This document shows, in pieces, positions 1-9,290 of a stretch of 42,921 bases of DNA (its first letter is position 1; each line of letters opens with the position of its first letter). The translations under genes were made by a program, and so were the position numbers. Below the pieces are notes generated by a model, which saw only the letters and a program-made list of their open reading frames with translations, had not been told where the DNA came from and did no database searches. Location: the NCBI GenBank assembly GCA_043803685.1, contig JAZDJU010000129.1, positions 1 through 42,921 of the forward strand, given 5' to 3'. This DNA is from Candidatus Omnitrophota bacterium (GTDB taxonomy: Bacteria > Omnitrophota > Omnitrophia > Omnitrophales > Aquincolibacteriaceae).

Positions 1-3000
1 TATTTGAGGTATTCCGAGATAGCTGGTGGCCTGCCAGGAACTGAGATCGCCTAAAGCGGTGTTGGTGGATTGGCGGACTGATATCTGGTAGGTAGAGTTG
101 GTATTAACGTACTTGGAAGCGACCCAGAGATAGTTGTCCGCATCCACGGTGAGAGTCGGACTTACAAACTTGTCCGTTGCCGCGGAACCATCAAACACTG
201 TGACCGGCGCGTCAAAGGTGATGTTGTTGGAAGAAAGCAGGCCTCTGGAGAGTGAGACATCGTAGCTGTTATTCTCGGAAACCAGGAAAACATAGCCGGA
301 GCCTGAGAGGGACCGGTAGGTCAAAGCAAAGTTAGTGGAGTCATAAGAAAGTGTTGAGGCAACGGTCGTCCAGCTTGAGCCGTCAATCGAGTAGGCGTAT
401 TCGATTCCCACACCGCTTCCCGCGTAATAGAACACCCAGTAGCGGTTGTTGACGGTATCGAAGAAACTCTTTCTCTGAGTAGAGTTCAGAGTGGCGCCTG
501 AGGAGGTGGAAGTATCAATGGTCGTGGTGCCATCGACACTTAAGCCGTAGTTGCTGAGATCCAGAGTTCCGGCAGTAATCGTCAGATTACGGGCAACAGT
601 GATATCACTTCGCACAGCCCATTCTCCGCCTGCGGCGTTAAAGGTCAGATCATAAAAGCTCTTGCCTCCCGTGGCGAGGGTCTTTCCGGTAGTCGCTCCG
701 TCAAAGGTCACGGTGTTCGAGCCAGAGGTGAAAGTTGCGCCGGGATCCACGGCCCAGTTGCCTGAGACATAAAGTGAAGCGGGGGCGGTGAGTGTTGCGC
801 CTGAACCAACCATCACATCTGTCACATCAACGGTGCCGGCGGCTCCGGTGAAGATGCCTGTACCCGAAAGTGTGAGGCCGCCGTTAAGAGTCTGGGTGCC
901 TGCCTTGGCTTGATACTCACCGCCGCTTACTGTAACCAAACCTGTGATTGTTGTCGCCTGACCATTCGCGTCATAGGTGCCGCCGGTGATCGTGAAAGCT
1001 CCGGTGCCAAGCGCTGACGCATTCCCGCCATTATAAAGCGTCCCGGCATTCAAGGTAGTCGTGCCACTGTAGGTATTGGCGTTGCTTAGGATAAGCGATC
1101 CGGCTCCAGCCTTGGTGAGTCCGCCACTCCCGCTGATAACACCACTAAGTGTGAGCGATTCCCCGGAGTTGGTAACGGTCATGGTCCGTGTCGCGTTAAG
1201 CGTCATGCCCAAGCTGATCGTGTTGGAACCCGAAGCGGCGCTGTCCGTGATGCCTCCCGCCCCTAGCTCGATCGCATTCCCGGCAAGGGTATATCCGCTC
1301 GCCGTAAAAGTGAGCGAATTGAAGGGTGTCCCGGCCAGGTAGTCATTAGTGAGGGAATACCGGTTACTTCCACCGCTAACGTCCGGAAATACCAGGTCAT
1401 CCCCGGCACCCGGCGCCGCGCCACCAAGGCCGCTCCAGTTCCCCCCATCGTTCCAGAGGGCGCTATTGGTCCCGGTCCAGGTCGCAGTCGGGTCCCAATT
1501 GACGCTATTCCCGCGGTTGGTGGATTCCGTCATGACAAGGAGGGTTGGATTGACGTTATGGGAATCCTCCACCCAGGCGTAAGTAAGGTCACGAACACCC
1601 TGAGGATCCACCAGCCACCGTGACCCGGACTGTGTCGAAATGAGCCGAACATGCTGGTTATAGGCACCCTGGATCTTGAAGGTCCCGAGGATGGTCTGGG
1701 TCTTCCCGGCCTCAAAATAGAGGACCTTGGAGGGGGTCACGCAGGTCAGGTTATAGAAGGTGTTGTCACCATAGATGTGTGAGGGCTTGGAAGCATCGAC
1801 AAATTCGACCCCATAAGTGGACGGATCAAAGCCGCCCGTCTGGTGGTTAAAGTCACCGCTCAGGGTAAGATCCCGACCGAGGGTAAGAGTACCGGCATAC
1901 CCGTCCAGAGTAAGGGAATCGAGTGCCCCTAAAAAGGCAGAATCCACGAGTGAATCCTTATGGGGATTTAGACCCGTGGCACCCTCGAATACAACATGAG
2001 AATAGGACCCGGGCACTACGCCCGTATCCCAGTTATCCGAATCCGACCAATTACCGCTTAAACCATTGCCTGTCCAAAGAACATTCACTACAAAATTCGT
2101 CAAATTACCGGACGAATCACTGTGGAGCGCCACCACCGGGGGCCCTCTTATATTGATACAGTCACCTAGATACGCGAACATCACATCGATAAGGCCTAAG
2201 GCATTAAGACGCCACTGTTTGGGGGGCTCGATCGACCCCAGGGAGACCAGGTTCCCGTAAGACCCCTTGACCGTCAGGGTCCCCAGGATGGTCTGGGTCT
2301 CCTCAGAATCGAACTGCACGATCTTTCCAGGTTCCTCAATAACGAGATCAAAGAACGTATTAGACCCGATGACCTGAGCTACAAACTGTGAAACCATGTG
2401 AACGGCAGACGTCTGAGGGATGAAGTTTCCAAGGTTGACCCAGTCCTTGCCGATCTCATAGACCGCGTTAGCGGCGATCATGGTCACACCGGAGTTGATG
2501 ACAATGGATCCTTTTGTCACAATAAGGGAACCTGCCAGCTGGGTAAAGGTAACCGGGGCTCCACCCTGCTGGAGAATAAGATCACCGGCTGAATTGACGT
2601 TGCCAAGGGTACTCTCTCCGGAAGCCTGGATCCGGATATCCCCGAAGTTGACGGTAGAGAGGGTGGTTCCCTCAGCCTGGTGGAAGGCGCCGACTCCGTT
2701 CAGGTCCGCGTCCGCCAGGAGGACCAGATCCCCGTTCAGGGTGGTCAGATCGGCATAAACGTTAATATCCCCGTCGGCCTTGATCTCGGTATCTCCCGTG
2801 GTCTGTAACGCCTGAGGCACCGTGACCGATTCCTGGGAAACGACCTCGACCTTCCCGCTTGCGGCTTCTAGCGTTCCCGAAACTTCGATGTTCCGGTTGG
2901 CCACGATCCTGAGAACCCCGTTCTCTTCGACGATCCCGGTCGCGCGGACAATGCCAGTCTGATTCACAGCCTTCTGGAAAAGACCGCGCGCCACCTGAGC

Positions 3001-3753
3001 GTCCAGCACCACATGTTTTCCTTCCAAAGTTCCGGAGTTCTCGATCGCGGCGCCCGCGATCGTTTCACCCGCTTCGGTTCCGGATCCTGTTTCCACGTCC
3101 ACCACCACATTGATCAAACCTTGCGCGTCAAAACTTACCGTCGTTTTGTCGCCGCTTGCCAAATGCAACGTGCCGACACGCGCCACGACCGATCCCGTGT
3201 TCTTCACGCGACTCGCCATCAAAGCGATGTTGTTGCCGATCATCGTGCCTTCGTTCGAAACTTCCGCGTAGGGTGCGTTCGCTCCGCGTTCAAAAACATA
3301 ATTGCCGGACAAAAAATTCTGGGTCGCGATATCCAGACTGGAAGCCGCGAAGTTGTTGACGTTGACATTCGCGGTCGGAGTAAAATGAATGCCGGCGGCG
3401 TTCGTCAGAAAAAGCATGCCGTTGGCGCTCAAGCTTCCGGCGATCACGCTCGGGCCACCGCCCAACACGCGAGCCAGGACCGACGCGACTCCGGAAGGTT
3501 GCAGAAAATTCACGGCTTCGTTCGCGGCAATATTAAAACTCTGGAAGTTGATCACCGTGTTGTCCGCGGCGGTAATGTTCAGCGTGCTGTTGTCGGGCGA
3601 ATAATCGAACGACGCGTCGCCGGACTCCACGACCTGTCCTTCCGGAAGCGCAATGGCGGAATCCTGATAAAACACAAGAAAAGTCGTCGCGAGGACTATC
3701 GAAATGAAACTCCGCGTCAATAGAACGCACTTGCGCCAGGAGTGGATTTTCAT
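1..3753 (-). CDS. Very large secreted filamentous-haemagglutinin N-terminal (TPS) domain protein / adhesin, 3'-truncated by window edge (>1250 aa)
   Basis: Manual translation from ATG 3753 (in-frame ATGs also at 3768, 3774): signal-peptide-like MKIHSWRKCVLLTRSFISIVLATTFLVFYQDSAIA then LPEGQVVESG...TVINFQSFNIAANEAVNFLQPS...VLARVLGGGPSVIAGSLSANGMLFLTNAAGI (haemagglutination-activity domain). Autotransporter-type strand repeat GGLTKAGAGSLILSNANTYSGTTTLNAGTL at ~1040-1130. The same frame is open at position 1; no stop in the window explains its absence from the ORF track. Confidence 0.88.
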   Translation of the reverse strand, partial: MKIHSWRKCVLLTRSFISIVLATTFLVFYQDSAIALPEGQVVESGDASFDYSPDNSTLNITAADNTVINFQSFNIAANEAVNFLQPSGVASVLARVLGGGPSVIAGSLSANGMLFLTNAAGIHFTPTANVNVNNFAASSLDIATQNFLSGNYVFERGANAPYAEVSNEGTMIGNNIALMASRVKNTGSVVARVGTLHLASGDKTTVSFDAQGLINVVVDVETGSGTEAGETIAGAAIENSGTLEGKHVVLDAQVARGLFQKAVNQTGIVRATGIVEENGVLRIVANRNIEVSGTLEAASGKVEVVSQESVTVPQALQTTGDTEIKADGDINVYADLTTLNGDLVLLADADLNGVGAFHQAEGTTLSTVNFGDIRIQASGESTLGNVNSAGDLILQQGGAPVTFTQLAGSLIVTKGSIVINSGVTMIAANAVYEIGKDWVNLGNFIPQTSAVHMVSQFVAQVIGSNTFFDLVIEEPGKIVQFDSEETQTILGTLTVKGSYGNLVSLGSIEPPKQWRLNALGLIDVMFAYLGDCINIRGPPVVALHSDSSGNLTNFVVNVLWTGNGLSGNWSDSDNWDTGVVPGSYSHVVFEGATGLNPHKDSLVDSAFLGALDSLTLDGYAGTLTLGRDLTLSGDFNHQTGGFDPSTYGVEFVDASKPSHIYGDNTFYNLTCVTPSKVLYFEAGKTQTILGTFKIQGAYNQHVRLISTQSGSRWLVDPQGVRDLTYAWVEDSHNVNPTLLVMTESTNRGNSVNWDPTATWTGTNSALWNDGGNWSGLGGAAPGAGDDLVFPDVSGGSNRYSLTNDYLAGTPFNSLTFTASGYTLAGNAIELGAGGITDSAASGSNTISLGMTLNATRTMTVTNSGESLTLSGVISGSGGLTKAGAGSLILSNANTYSGTTTLNAGTLYNGGNASALGTGAFTITGGTYDANGQATTITGLVTVSGGEYQAKAGTQTLNGGLTLSGTGIFTGAAGTVDVTDVMVGSGATLTAPASLYVSGNWAVDPGATFTSGSNTVTFDGATTGKTLATGGKSFYDLTFNAAGGEWAVRSDITVARNLTITAGTLDLSNYGLSVDGTTTIDTSTSSGATLNSTQRKSFFDTVNNRYWVFYYAGSGVGIEYAYSIDGSSWTTVASTLSYDSTNFALTYRSLSGSGYVFLVSENNSYDVSLSRGLLSSNNITFDAPVTVFDGSAATDKFVSPTLTVDADNYLWVASKYVNTNSTYQISVRQSTNTALGDLSSWQATSYLGIPQI

Positions 3754-4028
3754 AGATTTTGTATTCATATTCATCTATAAAAAATGTACCTGACGAAATG
3801 ATCAGAGTCAAATCAAATTGCTATATATTGCTAGTTTTGCATTTTAGAAGATCGCTGGATTTGTATAGAGAGTTTTACGGATTTTTAATACAGACGTTGT
3901 TTTATGGAAAAAATTTTATAAAGCCAGGAATCCTAAATCGAAAAAATCAGGTTACCACAAAGGCTAAATAATCCGCAGCAAAGAGACAAACAAGTCTTAG
4001 AGACTATCCAATTAACAAATTCAACTAC

Positions 4029-4128
4029 CATTGCGAGCGAAGCAATCTCTATTTCAAAAAAGATTGCCGCAGTCGTCCCCGTCGCTTTTCTTCGCAAAGC
4101 GAAGCAGCGGGGACTCCTTCGCAATGAC
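4029..4128. repeat. REP/RPE-like nested palindromic element
   Basis: Outer CATTGCGA (4029-4036)/TCGCAATG (4119-4126); inner GCAATCT/AGATTGC (4042-4067), GTCCCCG/CGGGGAC (4075-4114), CTTCGC-AAA-GCGAAG (4090-4104). Confidence 0.7.
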
Positions 4129-4197
4129 GGCTCAAATTATGTGCTGTGCCTGCCCTGCGCAACTTTAGCGGAGGAGGGTCCCCCGAATTCCAAAAAC

Positions 4198-4674
4198 TTA
4201 GGGGATAAACTCGACACCTGCGATATGAAAACCGGGTTCAACCTCTTTGCTCCAAACAAATTTTCCGCGGCGACGAAGAGCATCCTCTTTCCCGAACAAA
4301 TGGATCACCAGATCACAGGTTCCTTCAACATGATGACTCTGCTCATATTCCACACAAACACCCCGATCGGAGAGATTAACACAATAAGCTCTAAGCTCAT
4401 TCGCCTCCGGTTCAGGGAAGCTCAGCTGAAGGGTCCCTAAACAATATTCACGAGCCTGACGCCGTTTCTCCAAAGCTCCTGGCACCTCGATATACCGGAG
4501 CACTTTAAGGATATGTCCATAATGCCGAACCTCATCATCACCGATCTTTTTCAAAACACGCGACATGGTCACATCCGCAACCTCAAGGCCGAGGTCGTAA
4601 GACCGGTAGATCATCTTCCTCTCGACACGTGCGATTTGATCGAAATAGTTGACGTAGTCCGCTTTAGTGAACAT
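4198..4674 (-). CDS. Half ferritin-like (rubrerythrin-type) domain fused to PilZ domain
   Basis: Start revised to ATG 4674 (MFTKADY), overlapping the upstream gene end. N-terminal E...DEVRH (ExxH) helix pair; C-terminal EKRRQAR (RxxxR) and NLSDRG (D/NxSxxG) c-di-GMP motifs, plus GKFVWSK...GVEF. Confidence 0.8.
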   Translation of the reverse strand: MFTKADYVNYFDQIARVERKMIYRSYDLGLEVADVTMSRVLKKIGDDEVRHYGHILKVLRYIEVPGALEKRRQAREYCLGTLQLSFPEPEANELRAYCVNLSDRGVCVEYEQSHHVEGTCDLVIHLFGKEDALRRRGKFVWSKEVEPGFHIAGVEFIP

Positions 4675-4900
4675 TTTGCTCCGATCCCTGGATCTTTTTG
4701 ATCGTCGCCTCAAATATCCGGCCATGGACCTCCGATTCGAGCGCCAGGGTCAGCAGCATCTCCTTGATCTCTTTTTGCGCCTCCCGGCTGAATTCGGAAA
4801 GAAAAAAGGTGCTCTCGAGGTGCCCGACGTAAAGAAGAATGGCCTTTTCTTCTTCATCCTGAAGCCGTTTCAATCGACCGATCAGTTCGTCCTGAGTCAT
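4664..4900 (-). CDS. Small ferritin-like (two-helix, half-bundle) protein
   Basis: ATG 4900 overlaps the GH26 stop (ATGA). EEEKAILLY...LALESEVHGRIF resembles a ferritin-like E...ExxH helix pair, with a degenerate ExxH. Confidence 0.6.
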   Translation of the reverse strand: MTQDELIGRLKRLQDEEEKAILLYVGHLESTFFLSEFSREAQKEIKEMLLTLALESEVHGRIFEATIKKIQGSEQNVH

Positions 4901-5832
4901 GACAAATGCGCTCCCACCGCTTCTAGAAAATAGGAATCCTCGAGCCCAGCCTTCAATTTCCGTCCGCTCGGCGAATCCGGAAGAAACCGCCAATCCGTTT
5001 CCTTATCGACATTAAAAAGGACCCAACCTTTCACCGCAGGCATACGTCTCATTTCCTTAAGAGCCTCCTCGATCCAGAAGGCCTTGTCCCCCCCGGCCGA
5101 AGTCGATCCGAATTCGGAAATGATCACCGGCTTGGAATACCTTCGCAGGACATCTTGATAAACTTCGGAAAAAATATCGCTAAAACTCCTCCATTGGCTC
5201 CAGGACCGCATGGTCCCCCAATTATAGCCGTCCAACCCGACATAATCCACAAAACGGCCGCCCGGATAGCAGAGATCATAAGCATTTTCAGGGGGAACGT
5301 TCTCCGCGTTGATCGAAAAAAGCCAACGGACATTATCCGCCCGAGTCTCCTCGAAGATCTTCCGGACGTATCTGAAAAGCCGCTGATATTTTTCCCCGCC
5401 AATTTTTTGCCCCGACCAGGGATACCAATCGCCGTTCATTTCATGGGCGAACCTCAAAAGAACGGGCTTCCCGATCGACTTCAATTTCAGGGCAAACGCA
5501 CGGATATACGCGTCCTCCTTTCCGGACAAAAGCGCATCGTAATCGATCCCTTTTTGGGTGGGCGCGTCCCAGGGCTCCCAAGTGATCATGAGAACGCCGC
5601 CTTGCCCGTACACTTCCTTCACCACGCTCTCAAGCGGGTATTTCTCCCAATCCAGAAAGATCAGGACCACGGCGGGTTTCTTGCCGTAATCTTCCTGGAA
5701 ACGGTCGATATCCTCTGTCAATGGAACGTCCGCAAAAAAAGCGCCGATCCAGCACCCAGAGGTTCCCTGCTTCGCACACGCACTGGTCCAGCACAGGCAG
5801 AGGATCCCGGCAACAAGAAGGAATCGTTTCAT
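4897..5832 (-). CDS. Glycoside hydrolase family 26, probable lipoprotein
   Basis: MITWEPW, LRFAHEMNGDWYPW (acid/base Glu), YPGGRFVDYVGLDGYNWG, IISEFG (nucleophile); N-terminal hydrophobic stretch ending TSAC (lipobox-like). Confidence 0.9.
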   Translation of the reverse strand: MKRFLLVAGILCLCWTSACAKQGTSGCWIGAFFADVPLTEDIDRFQEDYGKKPAVVLIFLDWEKYPLESVVKEVYGQGGVLMITWEPWDAPTQKGIDYDALLSGKEDAYIRAFALKLKSIGKPVLLRFAHEMNGDWYPWSGQKIGGEKYQRLFRYVRKIFEETRADNVRWLFSINAENVPPENAYDLCYPGGRFVDYVGLDGYNWGTMRSWSQWRSFSDIFSEVYQDVLRRYSKPVIISEFGSTSAGGDKAFWIEEALKEMRRMPAVKGWVLFNVDKETDWRFLPDSPSGRKLKAGLEDSYFLEAVGAHLS

Positions 5833-7373
5833 TTCGCCCTCCGGTTGAAGTAGAAGATAGTCGAAAAGATCAGGAACTGGTAAATAGCCCAGAAGCCGTT
5901 GATGATCAGAGAAGGTTCATGTTCATACACATACCGGTTCGCCGCCCACACGGGCGCCGCAAAGGTGAGCATCAAGACCGCAAGCTGCGGCCAAAGCGCC
6001 CTGAAGGACATGGCCTTCCCCTTTACTTTGGAAGTAACTCCGAATGAAAGTTTAGAACCCGAAAGAACGGCCAACGCCGCTTGGACGTAAACCAGAAAGG
6101 TCATCGCCCCCAAAAATTGACCCAGGACCAGGTCCCAAGGCTTGTAGTTCCTTTTTCTCAGGGAAAAATAAAACACGCTCGTAGACAAGATCACATAAGG
6201 TAAGAAGGAAAGAAAATAAACAGACGGGCTTGCGTAAAAGGACGGCACCTTGAAAAAAATATACAGGAGCGGTCCCAGGATCAGACTGAAAAAAGCGAAT
6301 CCGATGAGGTAGTACGTGCTGGAAAGGAAGTACTGGAACCACTGCCACGGTTTCAATGAAAAAGGCCTTGTCAGCAGCAACCAGAAAAGATCGCGAAGGA
6401 CCTGCAGGGTCCCCGAAGCCCAGCGAAACTGCTGTGTAAAATAACTGTTCAGATCTTCGGGACCCATACTGAACGCACCGACATGGTTGTAGTAGAGCGA
6501 AGAAAATCCGTGCGCGTGCAATCTCAGAGAGGTCGAAAAATCCTCCGTAAGGGTCCGCTCGTCCATCCCCCCCACGGCCTTAAGCGCGCTTACGCGAAGG
6601 ATCACGTTCGTCCCGCAACAGAACATGGCGTCGACCGTTCCTTTTCCGTCGCAAATGTACTCGTAAAAAACCGCTTGCTGGAGCATAGCGGCCCGGGCGA
6701 TCCGGTTCGTGTTGATGTTCGTGTAAAACTGCGGCGTCTGGATAAAGGCCAGTTTTTCATTCGCTTCCATGATCGGAACAAGAGGACTGAGAAAGTCCGG
6801 CATGGGATTACTGTCCGCGTCAAAGATCACTACGTACTTTTCGGTCATCTGCTCGAGAAAATCGTTGATGATCCCCGCCTTGGCCCCATGCCAGGGTTTG
6901 GTGCGACGGAACAGCTGAAGACCAAACTTGCGAGCAAGCTCCTCGGCTTCCTTGTGATATTCCTCTTTCACGCTATCGTCCAGAAAATAGATCCGTTTGT
7001 TCGCATATTCAATGTTGTTGATCGTGATGAACGTCCGGCTCAACACCTCGCGGGGCTCATGGCGCGCGGGAATGAGAATAGCGACAAAGGGACACGTCTC
7101 AATGCGGGAGGAGCGATCTCCTGTGGAAAAATCCGAGATCATTTTTGATCTCTTCTGACTCCAGAGGATCGCGGCCGCATAACCGATCCCGTGCAGCAGA
7201 ATAAAGGCCTCGGCCAGAAGGATCAGGACCGCGAAAACACCGTCGACAGCGGAATATTTGGCCCGTTCGAGCAGAACTCCCCGAACGACCAAATAAGTCA
7301 TGGATGACAAAATCGCAAGGATCCCGGCCGACTCGAGGATGATACTGGACCGCTGGCTTCGTTCCTGTTCCAT
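5829..7373 (-). CDS. Processive GT2 polysaccharide synthase, BcsA/cellulose-synthase-like, no C-terminal PilZ
   Basis: Motifs YFLDDS, HGAKAG, FDADS, QTPQ, FCCGT, TED, QQFRW (QxxRW), FGVTSK (FxVTxK gating loop); TM helices at both ends; protein ends right after the last TM helix. Confidence 0.9.
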   Translation of the reverse strand: MEQERSQRSSIILESAGILAILSSMTYLVVRGVLLERAKYSAVDGVFAVLILLAEAFILLHGIGYAAAILWSQKRSKMISDFSTGDRSSRIETCPFVAILIPARHEPREVLSRTFITINNIEYANKRIYFLDDSVKEEYHKEAEELARKFGLQLFRRTKPWHGAKAGIINDFLEQMTEKYVVIFDADSNPMPDFLSPLVPIMEANEKLAFIQTPQFYTNINTNRIARAAMLQQAVFYEYICDGKGTVDAMFCCGTNVILRVSALKAVGGMDERTLTEDFSTSLRLHAHGFSSLYYNHVGAFSMGPEDLNSYFTQQFRWASGTLQVLRDLFWLLLTRPFSLKPWQWFQYFLSSTYYLIGFAFFSLILGPLLYIFFKVPSFYASPSVYFLSFLPYVILSTSVFYFSLRKRNYKPWDLVLGQFLGAMTFLVYVQAALAVLSGSKLSFGVTSKVKGKAMSFRALWPQLAVLMLTFAAPVWAANRYVYEHEPSLIINGFWAIYQFLIFSTIFYFNRRAK

Positions 7374-8137
7374 TAGAAGAAATACTTCATTGAGGCTTTG
7401 GCTCCGGCATCTTCGTAGATCTTGGTGGAGGCAAGGGTGTACTGCCCACTGCCCTGGATCTGGAAACGCTTGGTGATATCCCAGGTGACCCCCCCCGTAA
7501 TCTGATGACTGGTGATCCCCGTGGAATCGAACGAAATGTCATAGCCCGACTCGTAATAAAGGTCGTTCGCGCCAAAAAAAACTTCTTCCTTGTTCAAAAA
7601 ATGCTTCCACCTGACCGAGATCGTATGCAGGGAATATTCTTGCGGCGAAAAGTAGTCGTTCTCGACCTTCCGGAAATTGCGGAAGGCATACCGGTATTTC
7701 ACATAAAACGCCCGGGGCTCAAGCGAGAGGTAATACAGGGTGTCCCCCGCGACTTCGTTGCAGTTATTGTGGTCAGAAAAATACGAAAAAGTGTAATCGG
7801 CGCCCGTCTTCCACCGTTTCGTCAGATCGATGTCCTGCCGGATCTTAAAATTATTCCGGAAAAGCCTGCGTTCGATCACGGTACTGTTGTTCTCAAGTCG
7901 CTGTTGCTCCTGGGAGAGGATCATCTGCCCGATGTCCAGGGTCCGGAAGGCGAACTGCCCGCCAAATTCATAAACGGGCGCGATCCCCTTGTAATAGGTG
8001 ATCAGGTTGAAGAAGGCCCCGGCGGACCGGTCCGGACCTTTTTTATAACTGAATCCAATCCGGGCCTGATTCTCGGTCAGATCGCGGTGGTCCAGAAAAG
8101 ACCTCCGGACAAGCTGATAGCCCAGTTCCAGCCCCAT
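7373..8137 (-). CDS. C-terminal beta-barrel part of a TPR/outer-membrane polysaccharide export protein (frameshifted from 8043-9290)
   Basis: Alternating aromatic beta-strand pattern, DYFSPQEY, terminal KYFF (beta-signal-like), no signal peptide. Joins the upstream TPR frame if one C is removed from C5 at 8138-8142. Confidence 0.7.
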   Translation of the reverse strand: MGLELGYQLVRRSFLDHRDLTENQARIGFSYKKGPDRSAGAFFNLITYYKGIAPVYEFGGQFAFRTLDIGQMILSQEQQRLENNSTVIERRLFRNNFKIRQDIDLTKRWKTGADYTFSYFSDHNNCNEVAGDTLYYLSLEPRAFYVKYRYAFRNFRKVENDYFSPQEYSLHTISVRWKHFLNKEEVFFGANDLYYESGYDISFDSTGITSHQITGGVTWDITKRFQIQGSGQYTLASTKIYEDAGAKASMKYFF

Positions 8138-9290
8138 CCCCCTTGCTCAGTGGTATGCGGAGTCGATTATTGAAAGCATTTTTATGGATATCCACGTCCC
8201 GAGCGCCGCTGTGCGCCTTGAAAAATTCATAGCCTGAAGTAAGTAGAGAATGGCTCGAGAACAACTCAGCCTTTTCCAATCCCTCGCGGGCCCGAAAATG
8301 TCCCGCATAGAGACTCAGGAGCTTTTTGTATTGATCGATCGCCTCCTGCCACATCCCCTGATAGGCCTCGATCTGGCTCAGGTCGAACATGGCTTCGGTA
8401 TTTTCCGGGGTCTTCCGGATCAGCTCTTGATAGGCCGCGATCGCACGTTTGACCCTGTTCTTCCAATAGAGGTCTTTCGCCTTCATTTCCCCATGGATAA
8501 GCTCATCGGGCCCCTTCTCCAGGATCTTCCGGTACTCCTCCTCCGCTTGAGGATATTTCCGTTCCCAGCCAAGGATCCGGGCTTTTTGCAGCCGGACCTC
8601 CTTCTCATCTTTTTCGGCCAAAAGTTCATCGTAGATCTTGAGCGCTTCCGGGTAATGTCGGGCCCAGCTCTGGACATCCCCGATCTTCATCTTAAGTCTG
8701 CGGTCATACTGACGGTCGAGAACTTTTTGATAAAGCACGATCGCACGGTTGAAATCCCTGTTGGCCGCGGCAAGATCCGCCAGAAGGACTTGGGCCGTGG
8801 CGTGGTCAGGGTCCTTGAGCAACACCCCCTGAAGCAGCTCTTTTGCTTGATCGGATTTCCCAAGATGAAAGAGGGTGTTCGCGAGAGAAACGATCGTCTC
8901 CGGGTCCCCTGGGTAACGCGAAAGGAAGCCTTCATACAGGGCCAAGGCCTTGGGATAATCTTTTTGCCAGACATAAACATCAGCCAGTTTTTTCCGGACC
9001 GCGATATCTTCGGGGGCGGCGCCCAGGACTTTTTTATATTCCGTGACCGCTTCGTCATATTTCTTCTGCCAACTCAATACGTCCGCAAGCCGGGTCCGGG
9101 CCTTCGTATTCCCGGGATCTGTTTTCAAGATATTCTGATAGGCCGTGAGAGCGCTGTCATGATCCTGGCTCATCACATAGCTCTCGCCGATAAGCTCTTT
9201 AAGTTCGTTCCGGTTCACTCCCTCTTTCGCAAAAAGCGGCGTCAAAACAGCCAAAAACATCAGCATCCCCCAAAAAAGAGCCTTTTTCAT
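8043..9290 (-). CDS. Signal peptide + TPR-repeat N-terminal part of a PgaA/PelB/BcsC-like exporter
   Basis: Signal peptide MKKALFWGMLMFLAVLTPLFA; many TPRs (LADVLSWQKKYDEAVTEYKKVL, LADVYVWQKDYPKALALYEGFL); the sequence after RIPLSKG looks out of frame. Confidence 0.85.
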   Translation of the reverse strand: MKKALFWGMLMFLAVLTPLFAKEGVNRNELKELIGESYVMSQDHDSALTAYQNILKTDPGNTKARTRLADVLSWQKKYDEAVTEYKKVLGAAPEDIAVRKKLADVYVWQKDYPKALALYEGFLSRYPGDPETIVSLANTLFHLGKSDQAKELLQGVLLKDPDHATAQVLLADLAAANRDFNRAIVLYQKVLDRQYDRRLKMKIGDVQSWARHYPEALKIYDELLAEKDEKEVRLQKARILGWERKYPQAEEEYRKILEKGPDELIHGEMKAKDLYWKNRVKRAIAAYQELIRKTPENTEAMFDLSQIEAYQGMWQEAIDQYKKLLSLYAGHFRAREGLEKAELFSSHSLLTSGYEFFKAHSGARDVDIHKNAFNNRLRIPLSKGDGAGTGLSACPEVFSGPPRSDRESGPDWIQL

